Position numbers and translations under genes: made by a program. DNA of 64,000 nucleotides from Marsupella aquatica (Eukaryota; Plantae; Marchantiophyta): positions 6,213,327-6,277,326 of the forward strand of contig OZ316897.1 of NCBI GenBank assembly GCA_973895155.1, written 5' to 3'. Positions 52,901-63,259 of this stretch are shown piece by piece. The notes under the pieces are model-generated. The model was not told the origin of the DNA. It saw nothing but the letters and a program-made list of their open reading frames with translations, and ran no database searches. The first letter of the stretch is position 1. Every line of letters begins with the position of its first letter.

Positions 52901-53492
52901 TTGGCTTGTTGGAGAGCATCTCCGAGATAGTCGCACATCTGAAAGTTGAAATTTGCTTGGCAGAACAATTATTTGAAGATGGAAGTGATTGGAGTGAGAG
53001 GCTCGGTATCTATACTTCCAAAGGACGTTGTGCGTCCGATCACAAGAGATCTAGATCCTTCTACAAGCAATGGACTGTCCAATTATACACCGGAGGATGC
53101 TAGTGTCATTGATGACTTTGTGGGGACTTTGTCTACTGCAACACTACAGACTATTATTGAGTACCTGACCGAACCAGGAGACATCATACTAGACTGGAAT
53201 GCCCACTTTGGTTCTATCTACTCAGCTGCAGAAAAGTGCAGACGGTTTGTGTTTGGCATGGAAGGGTGGGAGGAGTATTTCAAGGATTCAGGCACCTGTG
53301 GTGAAGAAACTTGTTTCAAAACCAGCAGCACCAGGGGCAAAAGGGGCAAAAGGGGCGACCAAGGAAGGTGCAAAGAAACAACGGGTGGCCAGAGACCTAA
53401 ACCTTGACTCAGATGAGGAACCAAATGGAGCAACCAATGGTGGAGCTGGTTCAAACGAGCCTAAAAAGGCAGATGAAGATGAGTGTGAGTAA
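49922..53492 (+). pseudogene. Second spliced ParB-like + beta-class DNA-methyltransferase-like fusion gene
   Basis: ParB-like IPLCRL...VQTLQKHLVSKMKIDFQRNGY...FWVFDGNHRLNAW. MTase-like GADLIILHLG (~52216), VAKYYLTDEGVVCIL and IIEYLTEPGDIILDWNAHFGSIYSAAEKCRRFVFGME. GT-AG introns; stops and frameshifts. Confidence 0.7.
52600..52930. repeat. Cluster of the 25-bp palindrome CATCTCGGAGA-NNN-TCTCCGAGATG (~5 copies, intronic)
   Basis: Copies at ~52600, 52679, 52763, 52856 and 52908, downstream of the GTAAGT donor at ~52507. Confidence 0.85.
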
Positions 53493-53898
53493 CCTTACCC
53501 TCAACCCCTTTGAATCTTCAGTGGTCTGCATGTGGATTCCATTTTCCGCTTCAGCTATGTTGGACTTGTGTAAGTATAACCAATAATCAGTTCCTCACAG
53601 GAAAGTCAAATCCGCTGAATGGAACATGGAGGACAAAGACCTAGTTAGGCTAGCATGGGAGAAAGCATCGCAATTTTTTTTGCCAGAGAGCTTTCGACTT
53701 CCAGTTTACGCTCGCAGGATTTGGGAAGAGGCTTCAGAAGGTGTCAGAAGAATTGTGCGCCTTAGGGCCAACCTATTCATTGATGATAGGGCAGAGGACA
53801 TGGAGTCCGAAGTAGAGAGTGACGCGTCTAGTGAAAGCGATGAAATTGGTCATGCAAGTATATCGTTGTCTACATCTAGTTCAAATGACTCATGAAAT

Positions 53899-54624
53899 AT
53901 GATCTTTGCAGCTACCTTGGAGAAAGCGAATGTACCCGTGGATGGTGCAGTAGACAGAATTGTGAAGTATTGTTTGAACCCTAAGTTGGACCACAAAGAA
54001 GTCCTTGTCGATATGATAGACTACAGATTGAAGCGCAAAGATCTTGGTTGTTGTTATCCAGGACACCTGTTACATTCGGATGTCATGAATGCATACATGA
54101 CATTATTGGGCCAGAGAGCAATGTCTGTTGCAAAGCCCAAATGCCACTTTTTCATCACCCATTTCTACACATTGCTTGTGGGCCATCGCAGTTATTCCTA
54201 TGCTACAGTATATGGGTGGACGAAAAATGTCAACATTTTTCAGTATGACAAATTTTTTGTCCCGGTGCTTCAGCGAGAACGGCAGCACTGGGTATTGGCA
54301 GTGATCCATTTGAAAGAGAAGAGGCTAAGCTTTCTTGATCCGCTTCAGCTTGACACTAACGAGGACTCAACCTTGTATAATCTGGCCAAGTGGGTTGATG
54401 ATGAAGTAGATAGGAGATGCCTGCCCCCTGTACGTGCAATAGACTGGCCAAGGATCAACGAACTGAAAATTCCTGCACAAACGGATACTCACAGTTGTGG
54501 GGTGTTTGTTCTAAATTATGCAGAGAAGCTAAGCAGAGGTGCTCCATTAGATTTTGACACAACTCACATCGCCCACCTGAGAAAGAAGATTGTATTTGAC
54601 CTTTACAACAAGAGCGTAGGGTAA
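53899..54624 (+). CDS. Ulp1/SENP-like C48 cysteine protease
   Basis: LHSDVMNAYM, HFFITHFY, QHWVLAVI (His), FLDPL (Asp), QTDTHSCGVFVL (Gln/Cys). Confidence 0.93.
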   Translation: MIFAATLEKANVPVDGAVDRIVKYCLNPKLDHKEVLVDMIDYRLKRKDLGCCYPGHLLHSDVMNAYMTLLGQRAMSVAKPKCHFFITHFYTLLVGHRSYSYATVYGWTKNVNIFQYDKFFVPVLQRERQHWVLAVIHLKEKRLSFLDPLQLDTNEDSTLYNLAKWVDDEVDRRCLPPVRAIDWPRINELKIPAQTDTHSCGVFVLNYAEKLSRGAPLDFDTTHIAHLRKKIVFDLYNKSVG

Positions 54625-54679
54625 ATCAATGTATATAGAAAGTTTTAGGGTGTATAATCAGATTTGGCAGCCAAGATCC

Positions 54680-54895
54680 TGATCTCGGCGACCCCTCCAA
54701 CATTCAAATATAATGTGAAGTCCATCTCGGAGAGGCTCTCTCAGATGGATCTTAGTCTGAATCATGTCCTGCAATGATAATACTCCTGTAATGCTGATTT
54801 CCAAACAATTGCTCCCATGTTGGAGAGGCTCTCTCAGATGCTGGCTATTCTCCATTTTCCAATCATTAGATCTCGGAGAGGCCCTCTGAGATGGA
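54680..54895. repeat. Second cluster of the CATCTCGGAGA-NNN-TCTCCGAGATG palindrome (~4 degenerate copies)
   Basis: Copies at ~54682, 54723, 54816 and 54869. Confidence 0.8.
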
Positions 54896-55091
54896 GCTTG
54901 TCCGTTCCATGTCAGATTTGCAGGCCTATGAATTTCCCAAGCAGCGGATGGTATACCCTAAACATGCACGGACTTACCCTAAACCCTAAACCAACCCTAA
55001 ACATGTACGGACTATCGTCAAACTTTACATTGGATGTTGGCTGCCTCTTTGAGATCATTGTTTTAAGAGGGCGGAACAGCTATATTAGTTA

Positions 55092-55972
55092 TCTAATTAG
55101 TTATTAGTATACTCATACTCGAGCCAAGGATGGAGAGTGGAAGGAGAGAAAGCGAGGGCATGGGAGACGAGGAAAAAAGAATACAAGGAGAGGGACAAAG
55201 GGAATTTCTCTCTCTCCATACAGCACAGAGCGACCACCCTTGACCTCAGCCACTGCCCCTTGTCTTGCGCTCTCTGCCACCCTCTCACCCTCCCCAACAA
55301 CATTGCTTTCACAACAGCACCTTGGGACACTTTGCCTCGACATCGGTCTTTGTCTAACCTTGACAGATTTTTCTCATCTCATATCCTTGTCTTTCCCAAA
55401 CATCTTTTTCTCACTTTGACATTTTTTCTCTCTAGCCTCAACATCTTTTTCTCATCTTGACATCTTTTACTAACTTTGACATCCTAATGTCACCACAATG
55501 TACATCTTTTTCTCAGCTTGACATCTCTCCTCTCTTTGACATCCCTTTCTCTCTTTGACATCTTTTCCTCACCTCAATGTAGTTTTCTAACTTTGACATA
55601 TTTTTCTCACGTTGATCGCTTTCTTCTACTGAACATCTTTTAGTCACCTCAACATTATTTTATCACCTTGACATCTTTGACTCACGCACCTCAACATAAT
55701 TTTCTCACCTTAACATCTTCTTCTCTCCAATACATCTTTTCCTGACCTTAACATAAGTTTCTCACCTTGACATCATTTTCTCACCTTCAAATGTTTTCTT
55801 TCATTGACATCTTTTCTTCATCTCGACATCTTTTGCTCACCTTGACATCTTTTCCTCTCCTCAACATCTTTTCTTCACCTCAACATGTTTTTCTCTCCTC
55901 AACATCCTTTCTTGACCTTGACATTTTTTCTCACCTCAACATCTTCTGTGCAATGCATGGGCATTGGGCTAG
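55092..55972 (+). mobile_element. Non-autonomous Helitron with internal CCTTGACATCTT-type minisatellite
   Basis: Probable A|TC start. The 3' end TGTGCAATGCATGGGCATTGGG-CTAG|T matches the hairpin end of the element at 61601. Confidence 0.75.
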
Positions 55973-57661
55973 TATGAGTTTAACTTGAGAAGGAGATACT
56001 CAAACTCACAAAATACATGATAAACCGAATAACTTGACTGGCATGTCTGGGACATGGAGAGAGGCACGAATATCTTACTATAAAAATGCCAATTGAAGTC
56101 TACTCTTAAGGGGCCTAGGTCTAGATTGAAGCCTCTAGATCCTAAATCCCAATAGAGACAAAACTTATAATGAGGTTCAATAAAGTCAAAATTTTAAATG
56201 AGGATAGACAAAAGTGACATTGACTGTAAATAAAGATAAAACTGAAATAAGGCCGGACAAAAAACAAGGATGGGGCAAAAACTAACCGAACTAGCATATA
56301 AATTTTATTGTGCACTATTTTTCTTTTTAGTTCAGGGAAGTGGTCATGCTACCATCCCCGAACACAACGCCATGGCCTTGTATTCAAATAGTGGGCCATG
56401 GGGCACTCTATTCGAATAGTGCGCCCAGGGCGTTGTATTCAAGGTTTGACTATATGTTTTCATTTTTTGTATTTGCAGGGCGTTGTGTTCAAATATTGAC
56501 GTTGTGTTAAATATTGGCATTGGCATATGATTATTACTATTTGTGCTCAATGTAGAATGGTTTAGGGTCATATCTTGAACACAGTGTCCAACTCAAACAC
56601 AACGCCAATATTCGAACACAACGCCCAGGCGCTATGTTAAAATGATGTTGTGTTTGAAGAAAAAATACTTTTTCTTATGGAGGCCTGTTTGAAGAGAAAA
56701 TACTTTTGCTTATGAAGGCCTGTTTGAAGAAAAAATACTTTTGCTTATGGAGGCCTAAATACATTTTTGAACACACAAATACATGATGAACCAAATAACT
56801 TGACCAGCATGCCTGGGACATGGAGAGAGGCACTGATATGGGTATGAACAGGTTTAGAATACTCACCCCCTGAAATAATAGGTGGCAGCGCAAGACTTGG
56901 CAGCAAAACCTCAGCAGACATACTATAATTGAGCCAAAGCCGATCTGACAAGTTGTTCGATCCACGACGACCGTAGATTCCCAGCCCAAAACTTTCCAGT
57001 GGGTAAACCTGAAACTGTAGCTAGGCCCAACGTTTCAGAATGAAAAAGTCATTTACCTTGTTTATGGCACTCTCTAGTCTCACTTCCCCACGTAGCCGCG
57101 GTGTTAGGTCTCTACGTGGAAGCAATCCCGACTCCCCGAGCAGGCAGTGGAGCATCAAACAAGTATCCGTCCCACCCCATGCAACAAGCAGCTTCGAAGC
57201 GTTGCTCTGGACTATCGGTTATCGGTAGTACCTGCACTGCCCCATCCTCTGAAATCTCTACTCCTGTTGTACACAGGGCCATTCAACGACAATTCATACG
57301 GCCTGCCCCGAAAATCCCTGGGTTAGAATCAAGCGTAGGCTCAAGGTTTGTGGGATTGAGTTGGTTTGTTATTCATTTCCCGACGGACGAGGGAAGAGTG
57401 ATTGCGTCTTGGGAAGAAGCTTACCTTTTTCAGGTGGAGATCGATTCGACAATATATTTGTTGGATGTAGTTTCTGGAGCCAGCAAGAAACTTTCTGGAG
57501 CTGGCAGACAAGGAGCCTGTTCTTTGTGAAGAGAGAATTGTAATGCGCGGGTGAGCTTTAGTGCGAGCACAACAACAAGAAAGAGCAGCTGCATTTGGGA
57601 AGCACGGAAGAGGCCTCCCTCGCTCTTATTAAGTGGGGACTGGATTGTAGTAGTTGCCACG

Positions 57662-59300
57662 ATGCAGTCTGTACTGCAAGCAGCAAGCATGCAGTCGAGA
57701 ATTGCAGCAGCAGTGATTCATTCGAGTGGTTTCTGTTGTAAAAGCCCGAGAGTGTTGGGTTCGGCTCGATTGCCTGGCCTGTCACACACCCGAAACTCAT
57801 CCGCTGCCGCTGCTGCAGCGAGGAGAGATCTTTCCTCTTCTTCCGGATGTAGTGTTTCGCTACCATTTACTGCATCCTTTGCTGGATCGGAGAGTCGAGG
57901 GGTCTTTACATGTGGGAGGCCTCCTGCAGCGCGTTTCGCTGAATCGGAGGTTGACTTGGATGATTCTCTAGAAACGAGTAGACGGGCCCAGGTAATGTTT
58001 TCTTGAAGACGCAGTACTTCATCCACTCACTTCTGTAATTCGATGCCCCAGTGACGAAATCGTTCACAGCTTGAGGCTTGCTGCACCTGAGAAAAGTTTG
58101 ACATCAGATAATCTTCTAGGGCTTTGGTGAGACCATAAGATAAATGCTGGAAATGATTGTCCTTTCGGAATTGACATATTCGAGGGTGTTGAATCAACGC
58201 ACTCGTCGCTGACAAAACTGGCTTGATTCTTATATACTCCTAGGGCATGGACACATAAAGCACATTAAGGAAGCCATTGATGGAAAAGACTAAATCATAT
58301 TTGAGGGTTTGAATTCTGAAGAACTTTGAGAGTAGTCACTGGCTTCGCTTTTCCTGTTAACAAATTACATGGAAGTCTTGTGGCCTCCTGAGCATAATTC
58401 TGGTGGATATGTGAAAAGGACATGGTTGTGAATTCTAGAGAGGCTCTCAATTTATCAATTGCAATAGAATTCTAAGCTGGACTGACTTGTTATTGATGTC
58501 AGCATTAGCCAAAAAGTATTAAAAGGATGTGTGAATTTTTAACTTTGCAAGAACCTGGAATCTCTCTTTCAAACTTGATCTCGGATTTCTCTTGTTTAAT
58601 GTTGACGTTCGTGTCTATCTGTAGCTCCAACCTCTGCCGTGGTCTTGTATGCATATTGCAGGTCTCGAAGCGTTTGGAGCGAACAGCAGGCTATTTCAGA
58701 AGATTGGGAAGTCTTGGGTTCTGGGGACAGCTTGTTTGTACAGTCGTGGCATCAATCATTTTAGCATTCTCGGTTGTCATAACTGGCGCTGCCACTGCTC
58801 CCGTTACTTTGTATCTCACCACAGCTGGTATCGTGGCAGCGTTTCTGTCCATTTTCTGGTCGTTCGGGTACATGCGACTTTCACAGCGGCTAAGAGCAAC
58901 AATAGATGACCCCACAAAGGTATGTTGAACAACTAGTACTTCCTGTTGGTGTTTCTAGTGTCTTTGCAACGATTTTTATCATTGCCACTCTCCGATAAAA
59001 TGGCCACCTAGCAGCCCAGCGTGTTTTGAATGAGCTCACATTCTTACTTCTCATATGTTTTGAATTTCCTTACATTCTTACTTGGTCTTGCCTCAGGCTC
59101 CACCTCGAGCTCAGGTGGTGAAGAACCTGAAGAACGGAATTATTATCAATATTCTAGGAATGGGGGCGACTTTGCTGGGCATGCAAGCTACAGTTGGAGT
59201 TCTCGTGGCGAAAGCCCTCACCTCATCCGCGCAACCTTTTCTCCAGGGTCAATCCCCAGGATATAGCCCCGTGTTGGCCCTCGATGTATTTGTTGTACAG
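57662..59300 (+). CDS. TIC21: Chloroplast inner-envelope protein TIC21/PIC1 (DUF3611), exons 57662-57991, 58662-58919, 59097-59300; final exon not in window
   Basis: Ser/Ala/Arg-rich transit peptide. RLGSLGFWGQLVCTVVA, FWSFGY, APPRAQVVKNLKNGIIINILGMG, SPVLALDVFVVQ. All three junctions are GT-AG, phase 0. Confidence 0.95.
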
Positions 59301-60549
59301 GTAAAGCTTCCTTGCAGGGAATTGTTATTTGTCTTGATTTGCTTTTCTAGTTTCTCGGAAATGCATATGTTCCAGGAAATGTAAAAGCTGTAGTGGTTAA
59401 AGGTTGCTAGCAGGGTACTCAAGTCATACCTGACCGAGTGTTTTGTAAACTGGTTTACTACAGGCGTCGGCCAATGCACTGGTTTCTCACTTTCTAGGAT
59501 TGGTTTTCTCACTAGAGCTTCTACGATCTGTAACACTATCTCAACCTCCTCCCGACAATGTGATACCAAAGCCCGCATAAGCTTCACTCCTTGTACACAG
59601 TGCTGTACCCACTTCCAGAGCATGTTGTACAAGACTACCTATGATTTGGGAAACGAAAGCGTCATAGTGTTATGATTTCTCCGATCGCGGAGACCTGTCA
59701 TTCAAGTAGTTTTTACCACTTGTCTTCTTTAAATATCTTGTTCACTGGAAAGGTTACCGTTGGAATGTTATCAATATTGATATCTACTCATCGGTGCTTA
59801 TGCCCAAAATTACAGAACGACATAGTCAATTTTGGTTAGGAGATCCACGTTGGGTTTTAGTGGACGCTCTTCGTGGAAATCTCTGAAAAAGCAAAAGTGG
59901 AGTTGTAAACTGCAGTTTGGTAATCTAAAATGTGCGACATGCTTTTTGCAAGTCGTGCTTGGTCGATTTCTGAAATTGTTGTCTACCACTCGCTCTATTC
60001 AATTTTCTCTTGCATACCGCTCTACACTTTGTAATTGTAGTCTTGGGTTTATTGTTTCTCTCGTCAAGCATAGCATGGGCAGTGACCACTACGTTCAGAA
60101 ATGGCTGGAAACTATCCTTGTTTCACATAAGAGTCCTAGATCAACTTCAAAACATGTAACTTCCTTCGGAACCGAGAGTTCATGTAATTGATGGCAATGT
60201 AGTAAAGCAGCCACATCCAGACTGTGGTCTGCTTGCTTGCAAACTCATAGGTTGATGAACACACATCCCAGCGTCGATCGTTCTGTTGCCAGATAAATAA
60301 TACTGGGATCCACAACGTTCAACAGGCAAAAGGATGAGACGATGATCTAATATGCCAGCCATGATTGCAGAAGGATGAGAGTCTGACCTTATTTTGTTAG
60401 TGAGCTGCTGACCAACTGGACATTCTTGGAACAGCTTTGAGAGGCCAATACTTCAAAATTGTTTTGCAAGCGGGTGAATTGGTTGCCCTCTCCAGAATAA
60501 ATTATTTTGTCCACTTACGTGATTGCAAAAAAAGAGATGGTGTACTTGG

Positions 60550-60823
60550 CTGCTGGCAAAGGAGGGCAGCGAGAAAGAATTCTCAAAGGTGAGGATAGCT
60601 ATCTAAATAGATTGGACTTGAGAAACGCACAAGAGATTACTTGCTGTCAAAGGAGGGCACCGAGAAAGAATTCTCAAAGGTGAGGATAGCTATCTAAATA
60701 GATTGGACAGGAGAAACGCACAAGAGATTACTTGCTGTCAAAGGAGGGCACCGAGAAATAATTCTCCAAGGCGAGGATAGCTATTTAAATAGTTTTGACA
60801 GGAGAAACACACAAGAGATTACT
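60550..60823. repeat. Tandem repeat, three ~91-bp units
   Basis: Unit TTGCTGTCAAAGGAGGGCACCGAGAAAGAATTCTCAAAGG... repeated at ~60550, 60641 and 60732. Confidence 0.9.
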
Positions 60824-61600
60824 TCTGAAACAGTTATGTCCATCTTAAATCACTACTGGCACTATAAAAGAGGCAACCATCCAAAAGTTTTGGTGATTGT
60901 AGTGTGCGAGCAAACACTAATTTCCTGTTATGAGTTTAAATAACCACTTCATTAACTAAGTCAGTCTCGTGTGAGTCAAAAACTGGTTGGTGAAATTTAT
61001 TTTACCACTACTCTTTTGGCTAGTGAACTTGCCAGCCATCTGGAGTCTTAAAAAATGCACTGAAAATATGAAAATCAACAAAAATCAAAAGAAATTAAAA
61101 AGCACTAGTGACTCGCAAACAACACTCTCCTCACTATCAAAATCCCTGTTTGCTCCCATCATACAATTCCCATAAAAGTTCCCTGTATATTCTCACATTC
61201 TAGTCACTTCCCTACTCTACTATGACAACCTCTTAGGTGGTTTCAGAACTATTTGTACAAGATCAAGGTCTACCACATGCCTGAACAAGGCTCATCAACA
61301 ACTTGTGGTTATGGCTTCCATCTTTGACAAAATTAGTTCAGATGGAGTCTCAGGGTGTAAGGCGATACATGTACCCGGAACAAGCAGATTCAATCCATAG
61401 TGATACACTTATAAGATAGTATAAGAAAGTCACTATTCATTCAGTGCTTTCCAACCTAGACAACGACTTATAGGACGGAGCGCCGGTACTGTCAATGCAG
61501 AGAGTAGGTGTTTAGGGTTTATGTGATTAGGGTGTTGAGTTGCAATTCTGGAAATTATGCAATTTTTACAAATTTACTGTTTGAGTCCTCTCGTAGAGGA

Positions 61601-63259
61601 CTAGCCCCATGCCCGTGCGTTGCACGAAAGACTTCGAGTGAGGGCAAGATGTCAAGGGGAGGGCAAGATGTCAAGGTGAGGACAAGATGTCAAGGTGCAG
61701 GGTATGATTTTGAGGCGGGGGCAAGATGACAAGGTGAGGGCAAGATGTCAAGGTGCGGGTATGATTTTGAGGCGGGGGCAAGATGTCGAGGTGAGGGCAA
61801 GATGTGAAGGTGAGGGTAAGATTTTGAGGCGAGGCAAACATGGTTGTGCATTGCAAACATATAATTCAGGCAAAAAATCAAACAGATTAATACAAAAGTG
61901 ATACAATCGTTATTCACCCATTCAATAAAGAACCTCATCATATACAACATATTTTGTCAACCTTGCTTGACCTCCTCAAAATCTGCAAGTAAAACCTTGA
62001 TAGTTGTAGGAGATGTCGCCCTTGAAAATACTACATACAACTGTCCATGACTAAATACAGGCTTTGAAAACTATAACCCTACATGTTCTAAAGTCTGACC
62101 TTGAGCTTTGTTTATGGTCATTGCATATGGAACTTGAATGGGAAATTGGACCCTTCGTAATAAAACAGGAAGTGATTTGTCAGATGTCAACGGAATCCGT
62201 GGGATAAATGTAAGGGTCCCTGTATGTTTTCCTGCAAGAACTCATGCCTCAATGACACAACCCATGCCCGTGCGTTGCACGATTTTTTCAGTGAGGGCAA
62301 GATGTTGAGGTGAGGGCAAGATTTCTAGGTGAGGGCAAGATGTTGAGGAGAGTGCAAGATGTCGAGGCGTGAGCAAGATTTTGAAGTGAGGGCAAGATTT
62401 TGAGATGAAGGCAAGATGTCAAGCGGGATGTCAAGGTGAAGGCAAGATGTTAAAGTGAGATAAAGATGTCAACGTGAGAAACGGATGTCAAGATGAGAAA
62501 AATATGTCAAGATGAGAAAAATCTGTCGAGGAGAGAAAAAGGCATTGAAGAGAGAAAAATATGTCAAGGCGATGCAAGAAAATATAGCTTTCGCAAGATA
62601 GTTGATAAGACATGTTATGTATTATCTCAACCATACAATCATTGTGGTCATATTCAACAACCGTGCATTGCATAGATGGTATAATTGCGTAAATGATGTT
62701 GAAGTGGAAAAGAAGAGATTGCATAGAAGATGTCGAGGCAAGACAAAGATTTTGAGGTGAAGCAAAGATGTCGGGTGAAGCAAAGATGCAAGGCCAAATG
62801 TTGACGTAAGTTTAGATGTAGAGGTGATGGAAAGATGTTGGGGTGAAGAAACAATGTCAAGGCAAGGCAAAAAAATGTAGGCAAAGACATGTAGGCAAAG
62901 AAATGTAGGAAAGAAGCATGACCATTTTGGTTGTAATAGTTGTTGTGAAAATCTTATTGTTGGGGAGCGTGAAGGTTAGGGCACAGACCCAAGATGGGTG
63001 ACAGAGGTGCTAAGAGGGAATATTTTGTTTTGTTTGTAAATTTTCAATGCATAAAAATATTCTGATTTTTTAAATATATTCATAGTTTTCCAATTTTACA
63101 AAATTATAATTATAATTTTTCATTTAATGAATTGATTTTCATTTTTGGTTTGGGGTAGCTAGGGAAGACATTTGAGGGGAATTTTTAGGGTGGATTTAAT
63201 GGTGCCAAAATGAAATGATTTTAAATGAAGTGTCAAGATTGGCTTGAGCTTTTTTATGA
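61601..63259 (-). mobile_element. Helitron (same family as 55092-55972) in the TIC21 intron, with a Rep/helicase remnant
   Basis: Minus-strand 3' end CGTGCAACGCACGGGCATGGGG-CTAG|T. Probable A|TC start at 63259 with CTCAAGCCAA shared with the other copy. CAAGATGTCAAGGTGAGGG repeats. Confidence 0.85.
61985..62220 (-). pseudogene. C-terminal fragment of a Helitron PIF1-like helicase
   Basis: Manual translation FIPRIPL...[45 protein letters not shown] (helicase motifs V-VI). Confidence 0.9.

Larger units (their letters stand above)
44035..55090 (+). mobile_element. Large MULE-type DNA transposon remnant with cargo (ends not resolved)
   Basis: Starts abruptly where gypsy homology ends (~44034). 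Contains a MULE-like transposase, a ParB/MTase-like gene, a Ulp1 gene and its own palindromic repeat. No TIR pair found. Confidence 0.6.

Noticed and set aside
54950-55002. True telomere or interstitial telomeric array
   Set aside because: Only a few interrupted units.
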